From: an uncultured Candidatus Saccharibacteria bacterium | GTDB taxonomy: Bacteria > Patescibacteriota > Minisyncoccia > Phycocordibacterales > Phycocordibacteraceae | Length of the DNA stretch: 64,000 bases | Direction: 5' to 3' | Assembly (NCBI GenBank): GCA_964607655.1 | Contig: CAZSKX010000001.1 | Span: 363,010-427,009 of the forward strand | Shown: positions 19,279-27,926 of the stretch, piece after piece | Numbering within the stretch: position 1 is the stretch's first letter | Layout: each line of letters opens with the position of its first letter | The notes under the pieces: model-generated | Seen by the model: the letters and a program-made list of their open reading frames with translations, nothing else | Databases searched by the model: none | Told to the model about the DNA's origin: nothing | Program-made: the position numbers and the translations under genes

Positions 19279-19281
19279 ACC

Positions 19282-19923
19282 TTATGCTGTTATTACGATT
19301 ATACTCCCATCTCGACCAACAAGGTCCTTGCGCTTCAGGGTAAGCTTGTCACCCTTCTCGCTCTTACCGCCGCCCTCCTTAATAAAGGTCTCGAGTGACT
19401 TAGGCGCGCCCATGCCCTCCCAGTGCATCGGGATGATGATCTTCGGCTCGAGCGAGACCGCGAGCTCGTGAGCCTTCGCGGGCGTGAGAACTCCATCACC
19501 CCCCACAGGGACAAAGAGCACGTCGATCTCGTCGATATTCTCGCGTGCCTCGCGCGGGAGCTCGCCGTCAGAGAGCGCGCCGAGATGCACGAGGGTCATA
19601 TCCTCAAGCTGAACACTATAAATAGTATTAACGGCCTTCTCCTCGCCCTTACCGAGACCGTACTTACTCTCAGAGAGAAACCCTTGGACCGTCACCCCTT
19701 GGCGCTCGTACTCTCCGGGGCCAGTGATCGCGAAGGGTACCGTATCGCCGTAGGTCACTTCCTCGACGCCGTTCATGTCCGGATGATTACGTGAGACGAG
19801 CGCGATATCCGCACCAAAGCGTACCGACGGAAGGGTCGCTTTCTTACTTATTGGATCGAAGGCGATCGTCAGATCGCCGAGGGTCACCTTAAAGCACTGC
19901 CCGCCGTGGTGCGTGATAACCAT
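19282..19923 (-). CDS. Metallo-beta-lactamase-fold metal-dependent hydrolase (UPF0173-like)
   Basis: ITHHGGQCF (HxHxDH-like) near the N-terminus and conserved D/H residues later; start taken at the internal ATG (MVITHHG). Confidence 0.6.
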   Translation of the reverse strand: MVITHHGGQCFKVTLGDLTIAFDPISKKATLPSVRFGADIALVSRNHPDMNGVEEVTYGDTVPFAITGPGEYERQGVTVQGFLSESKYGLGKGEEKAVNTIYSVQLEDMTLVHLGALSDGELPREARENIDEIDVLFVPVGGDGVLTPAKAHELAVSLEPKIIIPMHWEGMGAPKSLETFIKEGGGKSEKGDKLTLKRKDLVGRDGSIIVITA

Positions 19924-19994
19924 TGCTAATATTCTAACACAAAACTCATCGTATTTCAGCTTCATTCGGCCTCAGGTCCCCGCGTCGCCATAAC

Positions 19995-20023
19995 TTGACA
20001 ATACGATTGTATGCATGTACAGT
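19995..20023 (+). promoter_or_regulatory. Sigma70-like promoter TTGACA-17-TACAGT
   Basis: Exact -35 hexamer, 17-nt spacer and a -10-like hexamer 58 nt upstream of the first cassette ORF. Confidence 0.5.
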
Positions 20024-20081
20024 CCAACGTGGAAGAGCCCCGCAAAAACTTATGCGAACCAAGGCTCGAAAGGAGATCTAA

Positions 20082-20369
20082 ATGAAAGCCAACGTGTATA
20101 ATGAGGTCGATCATCATGACAGTCTCGGTGATGAGGGCTGGATCCGTATTCAAAAGATCTGTTTTGACAAACGGGTTCACATCATTCGCAGTTGGGCAAG
20201 CACAGAAGAGAAGCCCCACTTCCATGAGCGCTGGTTGACCAGCGGCCCTTGCGACGGATCGTGCGTTCGAGAGCTCGACATCCCGCATGGGTTCGAGCCT
20301 GTCATCGAAAGTTTCCTGGCCACCGGCGCCAACGAATCCGAGCCCTACCAACTGACACCGGAGAACTGA
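20082..20369 (+). CDS. Small cysteine-containing protein, 'SGPCD' family paralog A (95 aa)
   Basis: SD AAAGGAG upstream; shares a W-SGPCD-SC...P-G-E motif with the ORF at 21843. Confidence 0.5.
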   Translation: MKANVYNEVDHHDSLGDEGWIRIQKICFDKRVHIIRSWASTEEKPHFHERWLTSGPCDGSCVRELDIPHGFEPVIESFLATGANESEPYQLTPEN

Positions 20370-20451
20370 GCGACCCACACCGATCACGAGCTGCCCACGG
20401 GCTCGTGGTCCCGGCAGCTGGGCTGTTCGTGAGTTCAAGAAGGAGACTCTA

Positions 20452-20688
20452 ATGCCCCTCAACATCGCGTTCATCAGCGCACACGGCGGCAAGCCAGCCG
20501 CAGTCGTCACCCACGAAGAATCGTCCGATGCCGTGCAGGCTGACCTCGACTCGGCTGGCGGCGACAACGAGAAGGTCGTCTCGTTCATCCAAGTAGAGGG
20601 TGTGACTGCCGACCTGCTCTCGGCTCTCATGGGTACCGATCTCATGACGGACCTGGAGGCATTCCTCACACAGGTGCACAACGCCTGA
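20452..20688 (+). CDS. Small acidic hypothetical protein (78 aa)
   Basis: SD AAGGAG upstream; followed by terminator repeat T-B. Confidence 0.45.
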   Translation: MPLNIAFISAHGGKPAAVVTHEESSDAVQADLDSAGGDNEKVVSFIQVEGVTADLLSALMGTDLMTDLEAFLTQVHNA

Positions 20689-20699
20689 ACCCCCACGCC

Positions 20700-20752
20700 G
20701 ACCACGAGCTGCCCTCCGAGCTCGTGGTCACGGCGGCGGGGGTTTTTTGTTT
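20700..20752 (+). terminator. Terminator-repeat family copy (gaccacgagc...gctcgtggtc + acggcggcggggg + T-tract)
   Basis: 10-bp stem plus a T-tract; related copies at 20382-20410 (no T-tract) and 21325-21374. Confidence 0.65.
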
Positions 20753-20880
20753 ACCGCCAAAATAATTCGACGAGGAGCTTGACAAATTACTCAGCAAGCG
20801 CATGCTGCACTCTCTGGTGAGGCAGTCCGCCCCACCCCAACCGGTCCCTAAGCGAGCCCGACCCCAGGAGGTAAATCGCG

Positions 20881-21309
20881 ATGCTCAAAAAGCACACTTT
20901 GTTCTTTTCATCCGCAACGCGCAACCAGATCGAAAGCGATCCGCGCTTACTGCTGCGCCCTGGATTCGTGAAGGCAATGGAGTTGCCCGGCGCAATTCTC
21001 CGACAAGCGAAGGTGAGTTCCGTGCACGTGACGGGAGATGCGTGGTCGGAGTTTCGCCTCGGCGCTTCCGAGGCCCTACTCACCATCTCTGCAATGCTCC
21101 TCGCGCCTCGTGTGGAGAGCACCATCGAGCTGGCCAGCCCTCACGGGTTACTCGCCAACACCGCCCAGGTGGACATCGAGTTCTTCAGGAGGGGCCAGGC
21201 CGGAGCCAGCTTCGTCCTCTCGTTCAACATCGACCTCGACTCTGCGGAGATGCGGCACGTCGCATACCGAAAGCCGGGCGGACCGGGGACGATGGTCTTC
21301 GCCGCCTGA
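20881..21309 (+). CDS. Hypothetical protein (142 aa)
   Basis: SD AGGAGG upstream; followed by terminator repeat T-C. Confidence 0.45.
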   Translation: MLKKHTLFFSSATRNQIESDPRLLLRPGFVKAMELPGAILRQAKVSSVHVTGDAWSEFRLGASEALLTISAMLLAPRVESTIELASPHGLLANTAQVDIEFFRRGQAGASFVLSFNIDLDSAEMRHVAYRKPGGPGTMVFAA

Positions 21310-21324
21310 CAACACTCCCCTCGT

Positions 21325-21374
21325 GACCACGAACCTTCCCGGTTCGTGGTCACGGCGGCGGGGTGTTTTTGTTT
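21325..21374 (+). terminator. Terminator-repeat family copy
   Basis: Perfect 11-bp stem gaccacgaacc/ggttcgtggtc + acggcggcggggtg + T-tract. Confidence 0.65.
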
Positions 21375-21443
21375 ATATGAACTCCCCAGCGTATAGTAAG
21401 TCTAGATCGATCTAGTCCTTCACTGTCATCCGAGGAGGTCCTT

Positions 21444-21686
21444 ATGCGGGGGAAACATGCGCTCCATGAACGACTGCAGACCGCGGGCATTGCCTATGCG
21501 GCGCTCGGGCTGGGTGTCAGCTTCTACACAATCAGCCACTTCGTCCAGCTACACCGGAACGGGCCGATCATTCACCAGGCCGATGTGGCCCTCGCGCATT
21601 CGCTCGTGTTCACCACGGTCCTACTCCTTGGCGCTGCAGCTTGTGCCATCTCTGGTGCATTACTTCTTAAACGGTTTAGTCCGTAG
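21444..21686 (+). CDS. Small membrane protein (80 aa, 2 TM)
   Basis: SD GAGGAGG upstream; a TATAGT -10-like hexamer at 21394; followed by hairpin 21706-21741. Confidence 0.45.
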   Translation: MRGKHALHERLQTAGIAYAALGLGVSFYTISHFVQLHRNGPIIHQADVALAHSLVFTTVLLLGAAACAISGALLLKRFSP

Positions 21687-21705
21687 ACAGGATTCCAGTC
21701 CTTAA

Positions 21706-21741
21706 GGGCGGCGCTCGAAAGAACGCCGCCCTTTTCCTTTT
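21706..21741 (+). terminator. Terminator hairpin (gggcggcg-ctcgaaagaa-cgccgccc + T-tract), repeat copy 1
   Basis: Near-identical copy at 22160-22195. Confidence 0.65.
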
Positions 21742-21752
21742 CCCGCTTGATA

Positions 21753-21781
21753 TTGACAACTATTATCAAACGGCGTATAGT
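21753..21781 (+). promoter_or_regulatory. Sigma70-like promoter TTGACA-17-TATAGT
   Basis: Consensus -35, 17-nt spacer and a near-consensus -10, followed by the shared 5'UTR motif. Confidence 0.55.
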
Positions 21782-21842
21782 ACCAAGCAGAAGAGCCCCG
21801 CAAAAACTTATGCGGACCTGGCTTACGGACGGGAGAAACCGA

Positions 21843-22139
21843 ATGAACGGAAGAGTCTATCTCACCGAACAACCGGAGAGCGGCCACACCAGCATCACAC
21901 GAACCATGACGCACGTGTGCGTCGACCAGCTGGTGCACCTGTACTGCGTTCGTGACGTGAGCCAGGGCGTCGAGACTGCCACATGGAACGTGTCCGGCCC
22001 CTGCGATACGCGATCCTGCGAAAACGCCTGGGCCGTACTGCCTCGAGGGGCAGAGTTCATCGCAACGGAGTTCATCAACACCCAAGGCCGGGACTGCCAC
22101 AAGGTCACGAGCACGCGGCAACTGCCTGCTAAGTCCTGA
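21843..22139 (+). CDS. Small cysteine-containing protein, 'SGPCD' family paralog B (98 aa)
   Basis: Paralog of 20082..20369; start at the internal ATG behind the GGGAGAAA SD; terminator copy 2 follows at 22160-22195. Confidence 0.5.
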   Translation: MNGRVYLTEQPESGHTSITRTMTHVCVDQLVHLYCVRDVSQGVETATWNVSGPCDTRSCENAWAVLPRGAEFIATEFINTQGRDCHKVTSTRQLPAKS

Positions 22140-22305
22140 CCTTCAACCAGGTTCACAAAGGGCGGCGTTCGAAAGAACGCCGCCCTTTTCCTTTTCATAC
22201 ATATTTGCTATAGTTGACCCGTTGCGTGCGGGCATTAGTTGAGGAATAACCCTCCCAAGCGAAAGCGACGGACACCCTCGGCGAATCCAGCACTGCTTTT
22301 ATAGA

Positions 22306-23430
22306 ATGTCTGAAGAGACTCAAGTTGCTGCTAAGGCAGCGCCGATAGTAACGATCCATGTCGCCGACGACCACCCGATGAGGGGGCTCGTTGACGGTAT
22401 CGCTACTCCACCAGGTAACGGCGACATCGTCGAAGGCGCGATCATCGCGATCAGTCGCGGTCGCGTCTACGTCGACCTACCGCCGTTTGGTACGGGTATT
22501 ATTTACGGCCGCGAATACCTAAATGCTGCCGACGTGCTGCGTAAGGCTAATCAGGGCGACATCATCACAGCTAAGGTGATCGACCCTGCTGGCCGCGACG
22601 GCTATATCGAGCTCTCGCTTAAGGAGGCTCGTCAGGCTGCCATCTGGGGCGAGGCCGAGAAGGCGATCCTCACTCAGGCGGTCTACACTCTCGAGGTCGA
22701 AGAGGCCAACAAGGGCGGTCTTATCCTCACCTGGCAGGGTATCCAGGGCTTCCTCCCTGCCTCTCAGCTCTCTAAGGAGCACTATCCTCGCGTGCCTGAA
22801 GGCGACAAGGAGAAGATCCTTGGTGAGCTTATGCGCCTCGTCGGTAAGCCGCTCTCAGTCCGCATCATCACTGCTGACGCGAAGGAAGGTAAACTTATCT
22901 TCTCTGAGCGCACGGAAGGTGAGGCTGAAGAGAAGGCGTCACTCATCGACAAGTACGTGGTCGGTGACACGGTTGAGGGCGAGATCACGGGCATCGTCGA
23001 CTTCGGCGTGTTCGTTAAGCTCGAGCAGGGTCTCGAGGGTCTCGTGCACATCAGCGAGATCGACTGGGGCCTCGTCGAAGATCCTCATGCCCTCTACAAG
23101 GTCGGCGACCGGGTGAAGGTAAAGGTGATCGAGATCAAGGAGGGCAAGATTTCTCTCTCGATCAAGTCGCTCAAGGAGAATCCTTGGAAGACCGCTGGCG
23201 AACGCTACAAGAAGGAGATGGAGGTGCCGGGCGTTATCATCAAGTACAACAAGCACGGTGCGCTCGCCTCGATCGAGGAGGGTGTCGCGGGCTTGGTGCA
23301 CGTAAGCGAGTTCACCTCGCCAGCACAGCTGCGCGAAACGCTCGAGCTCGGTAAGACCTATCCGTTCTCGATCACACTCTTCGATCCGAAGGAGCAGCGC
23401 ATGACGCTGACCTATAAGGGTAAGAAATAA
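22306..23430 (+). CDS. rpsA: 30S ribosomal protein S1 (four S1 domains)
   Basis: Repeated S1 OB-fold signatures (GxV...G-FV-L; HISE-; HVSE-) across 374 aa. Confidence 0.8.
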   Translation: MSEETQVAAKAAPIVTIHVADDHPMRGLVDGIATPPGNGDIVEGAIIAISRGRVYVDLPPFGTGIIYGREYLNAADVLRKANQGDIITAKVIDPAGRDGYIELSLKEARQAAIWGEAEKAILTQAVYTLEVEEANKGGLILTWQGIQGFLPASQLSKEHYPRVPEGDKEKILGELMRLVGKPLSVRIITADAKEGKLIFSERTEGEAEEKASLIDKYVVGDTVEGEITGIVDFGVFVKLEQGLEGLVHISEIDWGLVEDPHALYKVGDRVKVKVIEIKEGKISLSIKSLKENPWKTAGERYKKEMEVPGVIIKYNKHGALASIEEGVAGLVHVSEFTSPAQLRETLELGKTYPFSITLFDPKEQRMTLTYKGKK

Positions 23431-23522
23431 GAACTCAAATCATGTCTGACACGCCCGCGGCTCTGTGAGCCGCGGGCGTGTTATCGTATGGCAAGAACGC
23501 CAAACGATACGGAGGATAACCA

Positions 23523-23702
23523 ATGGCGCGATTTTTATTCTGGACGCTCGTACTTGTCGTGATACTCATGCTGGCGTGGTTCCTGATCTCTCAGGGCCAA
23601 TCTCCATGGACGGCGATTCCTGGTGCGATCGTCGGCGGATTTATTCTCGTCGTACTCTCCACCCGAGAGGAACGCCGAGGCATGTCTGAATCCGACTGGT
23701 GA
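23523..23702 (+). CDS. Small membrane protein (59 aa; below the ORF-track cutoff)
   Basis: ATG with SD GGAGGA 7 nt upstream, two hydrophobic helices; followed by hairpin 23708-23735. Confidence 0.4.
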   Translation: MARFLFWTLVLVVILMLAWFLISQGQSPWTAIPGAIVGGFILVVLSTREERRGMSESDW

Positions 23703-23733
23703 CTCAAGACCCCGCTTCGGCGGGGTCGTCCTT

Positions 23734-24330
23734 TTAACGCGTATTGGCGAACATCGTCGCCGCTTCAGTTCCGTCAGTGACGAAGAGCTGCGCTGCTTCT
23801 ACACTCTTCTTCATAACTTTTTTTAATACTGTGTCTTCAGTCGACTTGAACTTCCCGATCACGTGCTTGATCACTTTTTCTTCTCCTGAGACTTTCTTTG
23901 CCTGATTTTTCTTCCCCGCAGCACTGATCCCGATGCGTAGACGCGCGAAGTCTTTCGTCTTGATCGCCCGCATGATGCTCTCGACGCCCTTGTGGCCGCC
24001 GCTGCCGCGTCCGACGACCATCTTCGTCACCCCGAGCGGCAGATCGAGATCGTCCTGCACCACGAGCAGCGTCTTTGCTGCTTTTACAGATTTAACAAAT
24101 GGAATTACCGCCTTTCCTGAGAGATTCATCATCGTCTCGGGTAGCACGAGGGTCACTTTTTCCTTGCCAATCTTTCCTTCTGCTACGAGCGCGTTCGCTT
24201 TTTTATTAAAAATGAAGTCATCGAAGCCTTCTGCCGCTGCGAGCTTCTCGACGAGCAGGCGTCCAGCGTTGTGCCGCGTCTTTTCGTATTCTTTACCGGG
24301 ATTCCCGAGGCCTACAATAACGAATGCCAT
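23734..24330 (-). CDS. pth: Peptidyl-tRNA hydrolase
   Basis: N-terminal VGLGNPG...YEKTRHNAG, a hallmark of the Pth family; start at the internal ATG. Confidence 0.85.
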   Translation of the reverse strand: MAFVIVGLGNPGKEYEKTRHNAGRLLVEKLAAAEGFDDFIFNKKANALVAEGKIGKEKVTLVLPETMMNLSGKAVIPFVKSVKAAKTLLVVQDDLDLPLGVTKMVVGRGSGGHKGVESIMRAIKTKDFARLRIGISAAGKKNQAKKVSGEEKVIKHVIGKFKSTEDTVLKKVMKKSVEAAQLFVTDGTEAATMFANTR

Positions 24331-24406
24331 GCGCAGATCGTACCACACCACACTCTTTTGCGCGCACACAACTTGCATGCAGAAAAAGTGCGCGTACAAT
24401 ACGCAC

Positions 24407-24991
24407 ATGTCTGACTCTTGGAAAGGTCTTTTGAAGGATCTTTTCACTCTCATCGTTCTTATCGTCGTCGTTGTTATACCGATTCGCCTTTTTATCATTT
24501 CGCCATTCATCGTCGACGGCGAATCGATGCATCCTACGTTTGGCAACCTCGACTACCTTGTCGTCGACGAGTTTATCTACTACTTCAAAGAGCCTGAGCG
24601 CGGCGACGTAGTCGTCTTCCGCTATCCGAAAAACCCTTCGGTCTTCTATATTAAGCGCATCATCGGTCTCCCAGGCGAAAAAGTTTCGATCAATCGGGGC
24701 GTCACGACGATCATCACCCCCAACGGCGAGACCATCGCACTCCCTGAGCCCTACGTGGTCAACGAAGACGCTACCTACACCAAGAATGTTATCCTGCGTG
24801 ACGACGAATACTTCGTCATGGGTGACAATCGCCCCAATTCGTCTGATTCGCGCGTCTGGGGACCGCTCTCAAGGGAACACGTCATCGGCCGCGTCGACCT
24901 GCGCCTCCTCCCCGTGTCGGGCGCATCCTTCTTCCCTGGTGCTATCACCTACCCAACTGAACTTTCAATTGCTACGACCACTGCACCATGA
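24407..24991 (+). CDS. lepB: Signal peptidase I
   Basis: TM anchor, then GESMHPTF (Ser box), RGDVVVF, YIKRIIGLPGE (Lys box) and GDNRPNSSDSR. Confidence 0.85.
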   Translation: MSDSWKGLLKDLFTLIVLIVVVVIPIRLFIISPFIVDGESMHPTFGNLDYLVVDEFIYYFKEPERGDVVVFRYPKNPSVFYIKRIIGLPGEKVSINRGVTTIITPNGETIALPEPYVVNEDATYTKNVILRDDEYFVMGDNRPNSSDSRVWGPLSREHVIGRVDLRLLPVSGASFFPGAITYPTELSIATTTAP

Positions 24992-26130
24992 TGCGTTCGA
25001 CGATCGGAGCTGAAGAACTCATTGCCAAGGCGCGTGCTGTTGGCCAGTACTACGGCTTTCAGCCGTTCACTGTACTCTCTGAGAAAGCGCGCGGCGCGCC
25101 TAAGATCAAGCTTCCTGACAGCGACCCGCTGGCTGGCCTCTCGCTCGACCCAACGGGGGAGACTGTCGCCAGCTTTTTAAAGCAGCTGCGCACAGTCGGC
25201 GCTTTGCCTAACCCTCGTCAGCCACTCTTTGTCTGGCACACCAACATCGCCCACGGTCGTCCTGCGCCCAAGAAGGCGACGCTCCAGTTCCACGCGCTTG
25301 GTGCTGACCGTGCGCTCGCTGACGCAGTCGTGATCCGCGCGCTGCTCGCACTTACCCGCGACCTCTTCCACACCGAACCCACCTTACGGATCAACTCGAT
25401 GGGCGATAAGGAGACTCGTGCGCGCTATGCCCGCGAGCTCGGGACCTACTTCAAGAAACGCAGCGCGATACTTCCTGAAGACTGTCTCACCTGCGCCAAA
25501 CAAGACACCTTCGCCGCCGCCGAGCTCGTGATCGCCCGCGAATACGCCGACGATCTGCCTTCCCCGACCGAACACCTCTCTGACGCGAGTCGTAAGCGCT
25601 TTGAAGACCTCCTTGAATACCTCGAGATGACCGACACGCCCTACGAGCTCGCGCGCCACCTGATCAGCCGTGGAGGCATCTGGAGCGACACCTGCTTTGA
25701 GATCTTGGTCCATGGCGAGCGAGTCGCCTGGGGCTCTCGTTACAGCGAGCTCGCCCGACGCTTCTTCCCCTCATCGTCCCCCGCCGTCGGCGCGGTGCTC
25801 TCGATCGGCAGTGAAGGCGCGGTCGTGAAGAAGCCGTCGACGAGCAAGCTTCGCTTCACCTTCATCCACATCGGCGACGAAGCGAAGCGTCTTTCGATCA
25901 AACTCGCCGAAGAATTTCGCAAGGCGCACGTGCCGCTTACCCAACACATCGGTGTCGAGTCGCTTACCGAGCAGATGCTCCTCGCTGAACAGCGCAATAG
26001 TCCCTATCTCCTTATCATGGGTCGTCGCGAGGCGCTCGAGAACTCAGCGATACTCCGCAACTGTGCCACTCAACAAGAAATCACACTCCCGCTTCTAGGC
26101 ATCGCTGAACGTTTGAAGGCGGTCGCGTAA
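24988..26130 (+). CDS. Class II aaRS-like protein of the HisRS/HisZ family (divergent)
   Basis: Overall HisRS-like layout with a C-terminal anticodon-binding-like domain (YLLIMGRREALENSAIL). The catalytic motifs are poorly conserved, so it may be a paralog. Confidence 0.45.
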   Translation: MMRSTIGAEELIAKARAVGQYYGFQPFTVLSEKARGAPKIKLPDSDPLAGLSLDPTGETVASFLKQLRTVGALPNPRQPLFVWHTNIAHGRPAPKKATLQFHALGADRALADAVVIRALLALTRDLFHTEPTLRINSMGDKETRARYARELGTYFKKRSAILPEDCLTCAKQDTFAAAELVIAREYADDLPSPTEHLSDASRKRFEDLLEYLEMTDTPYELARHLISRGGIWSDTCFEILVHGERVAWGSRYSELARRFFPSSSPAVGAVLSIGSEGAVVKKPSTSKLRFTFIHIGDEAKRLSIKLAEEFRKAHVPLTQHIGVESLTEQMLLAEQRNSPYLLIMGRREALENSAILRNCATQQEITLPLLGIAERLKAVA

Positions 26131-26209
26131 GTGGCGATCCGCAAACTGGTGCGGTATAGTGCCGCAAGGCAAGCTCTTACGATACTACTATCCTACGAGA
26201 GGTGATGTG

Positions 26210-26647
26210 ATGACACACAACAGTCGTTCGACGCACGTGCTGGTGTACGGCGTCTGCGAATCACGTTTCAAGCGCTACGCAAAAGAGTTCCGAGAAGAGC
26301 TCTTGAAGCATGGGCCCTGGGACATCTTCAGTTTCCCCGCCGAGACGGTGAATCTCGCTACGGCCTCGGTCAACCGGCAAGGGGACCTTGACCTGGTGTA
26401 CTTCCCGCTCGAGCTCGCGAAGGAGCACCACGCGTTCGACGTGCTCATGTCCGATCTCGAGCTCGTCGCTCGGGCGATGGCAGGGCACCCGAGACGGCCT
26501 TGGGCCGTTGTGCCACGAGAGCTCAACGAGCTCGTGCCCTTCTTCGAACAGCTCGGAGTGCACGCCACCGACTCCGCATTCGAGATCGCTGCCAGCAACC
26601 GGTGGCACGAGCTCGAGTCGAAGCGGCGACCTCTGCTCACGCGCTGA
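26210..26647 (+). CDS. Hypothetical protein
   Basis: SD GAGAGGTGA upstream of MTHNSR...; terminator hairpin at 26657-26690. Confidence 0.4.
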   Translation: MTHNSRSTHVLVYGVCESRFKRYAKEFREELLKHGPWDIFSFPAETVNLATASVNRQGDLDLVYFPLELAKEHHAFDVLMSDLELVARAMAGHPRRPWAVVPRELNELVPFFEQLGVHATDSAFEIAASNRWHELESKRRPLLTR

Positions 26648-26796
26648 GCGTGACAACCGTCCCCGGGGCTCTGCCCCGCGGGACGGTTTTAAACATTCTC
26701 CCCGTCTCGCGCGGGATTGACTTTTTTCTATGTTGTGTGTTATAATCATTTCAGACCTGCGGTTCACATCCCCGCAGGAAGGAGCTCGATTTGGAC

Positions 26797-27120
26797 ATGA
26801 ACGAAGAAAAGCTGCGCCTCCTCTGCCAGAGGCTGATGATCTCACCTTCGACGGCGCGTTCGGCGCTCAGCCGAACCATCGACCTGAACTACTTGGCCGA
26901 GCAGCTCCGGAACGCGAAGACCTTCAACGACGCGTTCCGCGTCGTCGTCGAAGCGCCGATCGGGACCCATGTCCGGATCGACGCGATCGCGAAGGCCCTC
27001 TCGCTCTGCACGGTTGGCGCCGACTACAAACTCCTACACGACAAGATCGGGCGCGGGTCGGTCCAGGCCGACGAGCTGATCCGCCACATGACCGAGCACT
27101 GGACTCCGACGGAGTCCTGA
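26797..27120 (+). CDS. Hypothetical small protein (108 aa)
   Basis: SD GGAAGGAG upstream; strong terminator at 27121-27172 directly after the stop. Confidence 0.45.
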   Translation: MNEEKLRLLCQRLMISPSTARSALSRTIDLNYLAEQLRNAKTFNDAFRVVVEAPIGTHVRIDAIAKALSLCTVGADYKLLHDKIGRGSVQADELIRHMTEHWTPTES

Positions 27121-27172
27121 CCACCCATCCGGGGCGGCCCAAGCGGCCGCCCCGGAGAACTGGGTGGTTTTT
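27121..27172 (+). terminator. Rho-independent terminator (nested GC hairpin + T-tract)
   Basis: ccaccca...ccggggcggcc-caag-cggccgccccgg...tgggtgg + ttttt. Confidence 0.7.
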
Positions 27173-27233
27173 CATATCTGTATAACGCGACGCTAGACAA
27201 GCTCCCCTCCCCCATGTTAGAGTTTCGAACATT

Positions 27234-27500
27234 ATGACAGCAGGTACCCGAGTAGAGGTCTGGCGCGGTAAGAACGAGAGTTCGGCGGCGCTTATTCGCC
27301 GTTTTACGCGTCGTGCTCAGGATCTCGCCCTCGTGCGCGAGGTACGCGATCGCCGCTACTATGAGCGCACGCGTTCTAAGAACGTGATGCACAAGCGCGC
27401 CCTTATCTCTAAGGAGCGTCGTGAGAACTACAACGAGTTGGTTAAGCTCGGCAAGATCGACCCCGCCGCCAAGACCAACCGCCGCGGCGCCAAGCACTAG
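27234..27500 (+). CDS. rpsU: 30S ribosomal protein S21
   Basis: 88-aa basic protein with an S21-like pattern (AL-RF-R...REVRDRRYYE-P...R). Confidence 0.7.
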   Translation: MTAGTRVEVWRGKNESSAALIRRFTRRAQDLALVREVRDRRYYERTRSKNVMHKRALISKERRENYNELVKLGKIDPAAKTNRRGAKH

Positions 27501-27503
27501 CTG

Positions 27504-27926
27504 ATGGGAACCGTCTCCATCAAGAACTTCACGCGGCAACGATTGCCGCGTTTTGCGTATCAGTCGATTGTTGAATCCCGCCTCCCGGGCTGGGAGATCT
27601 CGCTTGTCTTCGCCGGCCCTGCTCGCGCCAAGAAGCTAAATCAAAATCTCCGTAACAAAAACTACATCCCTAATGTTCTCTCCTACCAGGCAGGCCCCAA
27701 GTCAGGCGAGATTATTATCTGTCCCGATGTTGCGAGGCGTGAAGCGGGTGAGTACGGGCATTCCTTCGCTACGCACGTCCTTTATCTGTTTATCCACGGG
27801 GTACTCCATTTGGAAGGAAGGCCTCATGGCGCTACGATGGAGAAATGGGAACAAAAGTTGCTAACGCAATTTGCGGTGGCTGTGCCGCGTACTCGGCATG
27901 AGTCGACGCATCGCCACCGGCATTGA
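27504..27926 (+). CDS. ybeY: rRNA maturation endoribonuclease YbeY
   Basis: HGVLHLEG (H-x3-H-x5-H zinc motif of UPF0054/YbeY). Confidence 0.8.
   Translation: MGTVSIKNFTRQRLPRFAYQSIVESRLPGWEISLVFAGPARAKKLNQNLRNKNYIPNVLSYQAGPKSGEIIICPDVARREAGEYGHSFATHVLYLFIHGVLHLEGRPHGATMEKWEQKLLTQFAVAVPRTRHESTHRHRH

Noticed and set aside
20382-20410. Hairpin between cassette ORF1 and ORF2 as a terminator
   Set aside because: It has the same stem family as the downstream terminators but lacks a T-tract and is followed 40 nt later by the SD of ORF2. It is more likely an intra-operon stem (processing or attenuation) than a full terminator.
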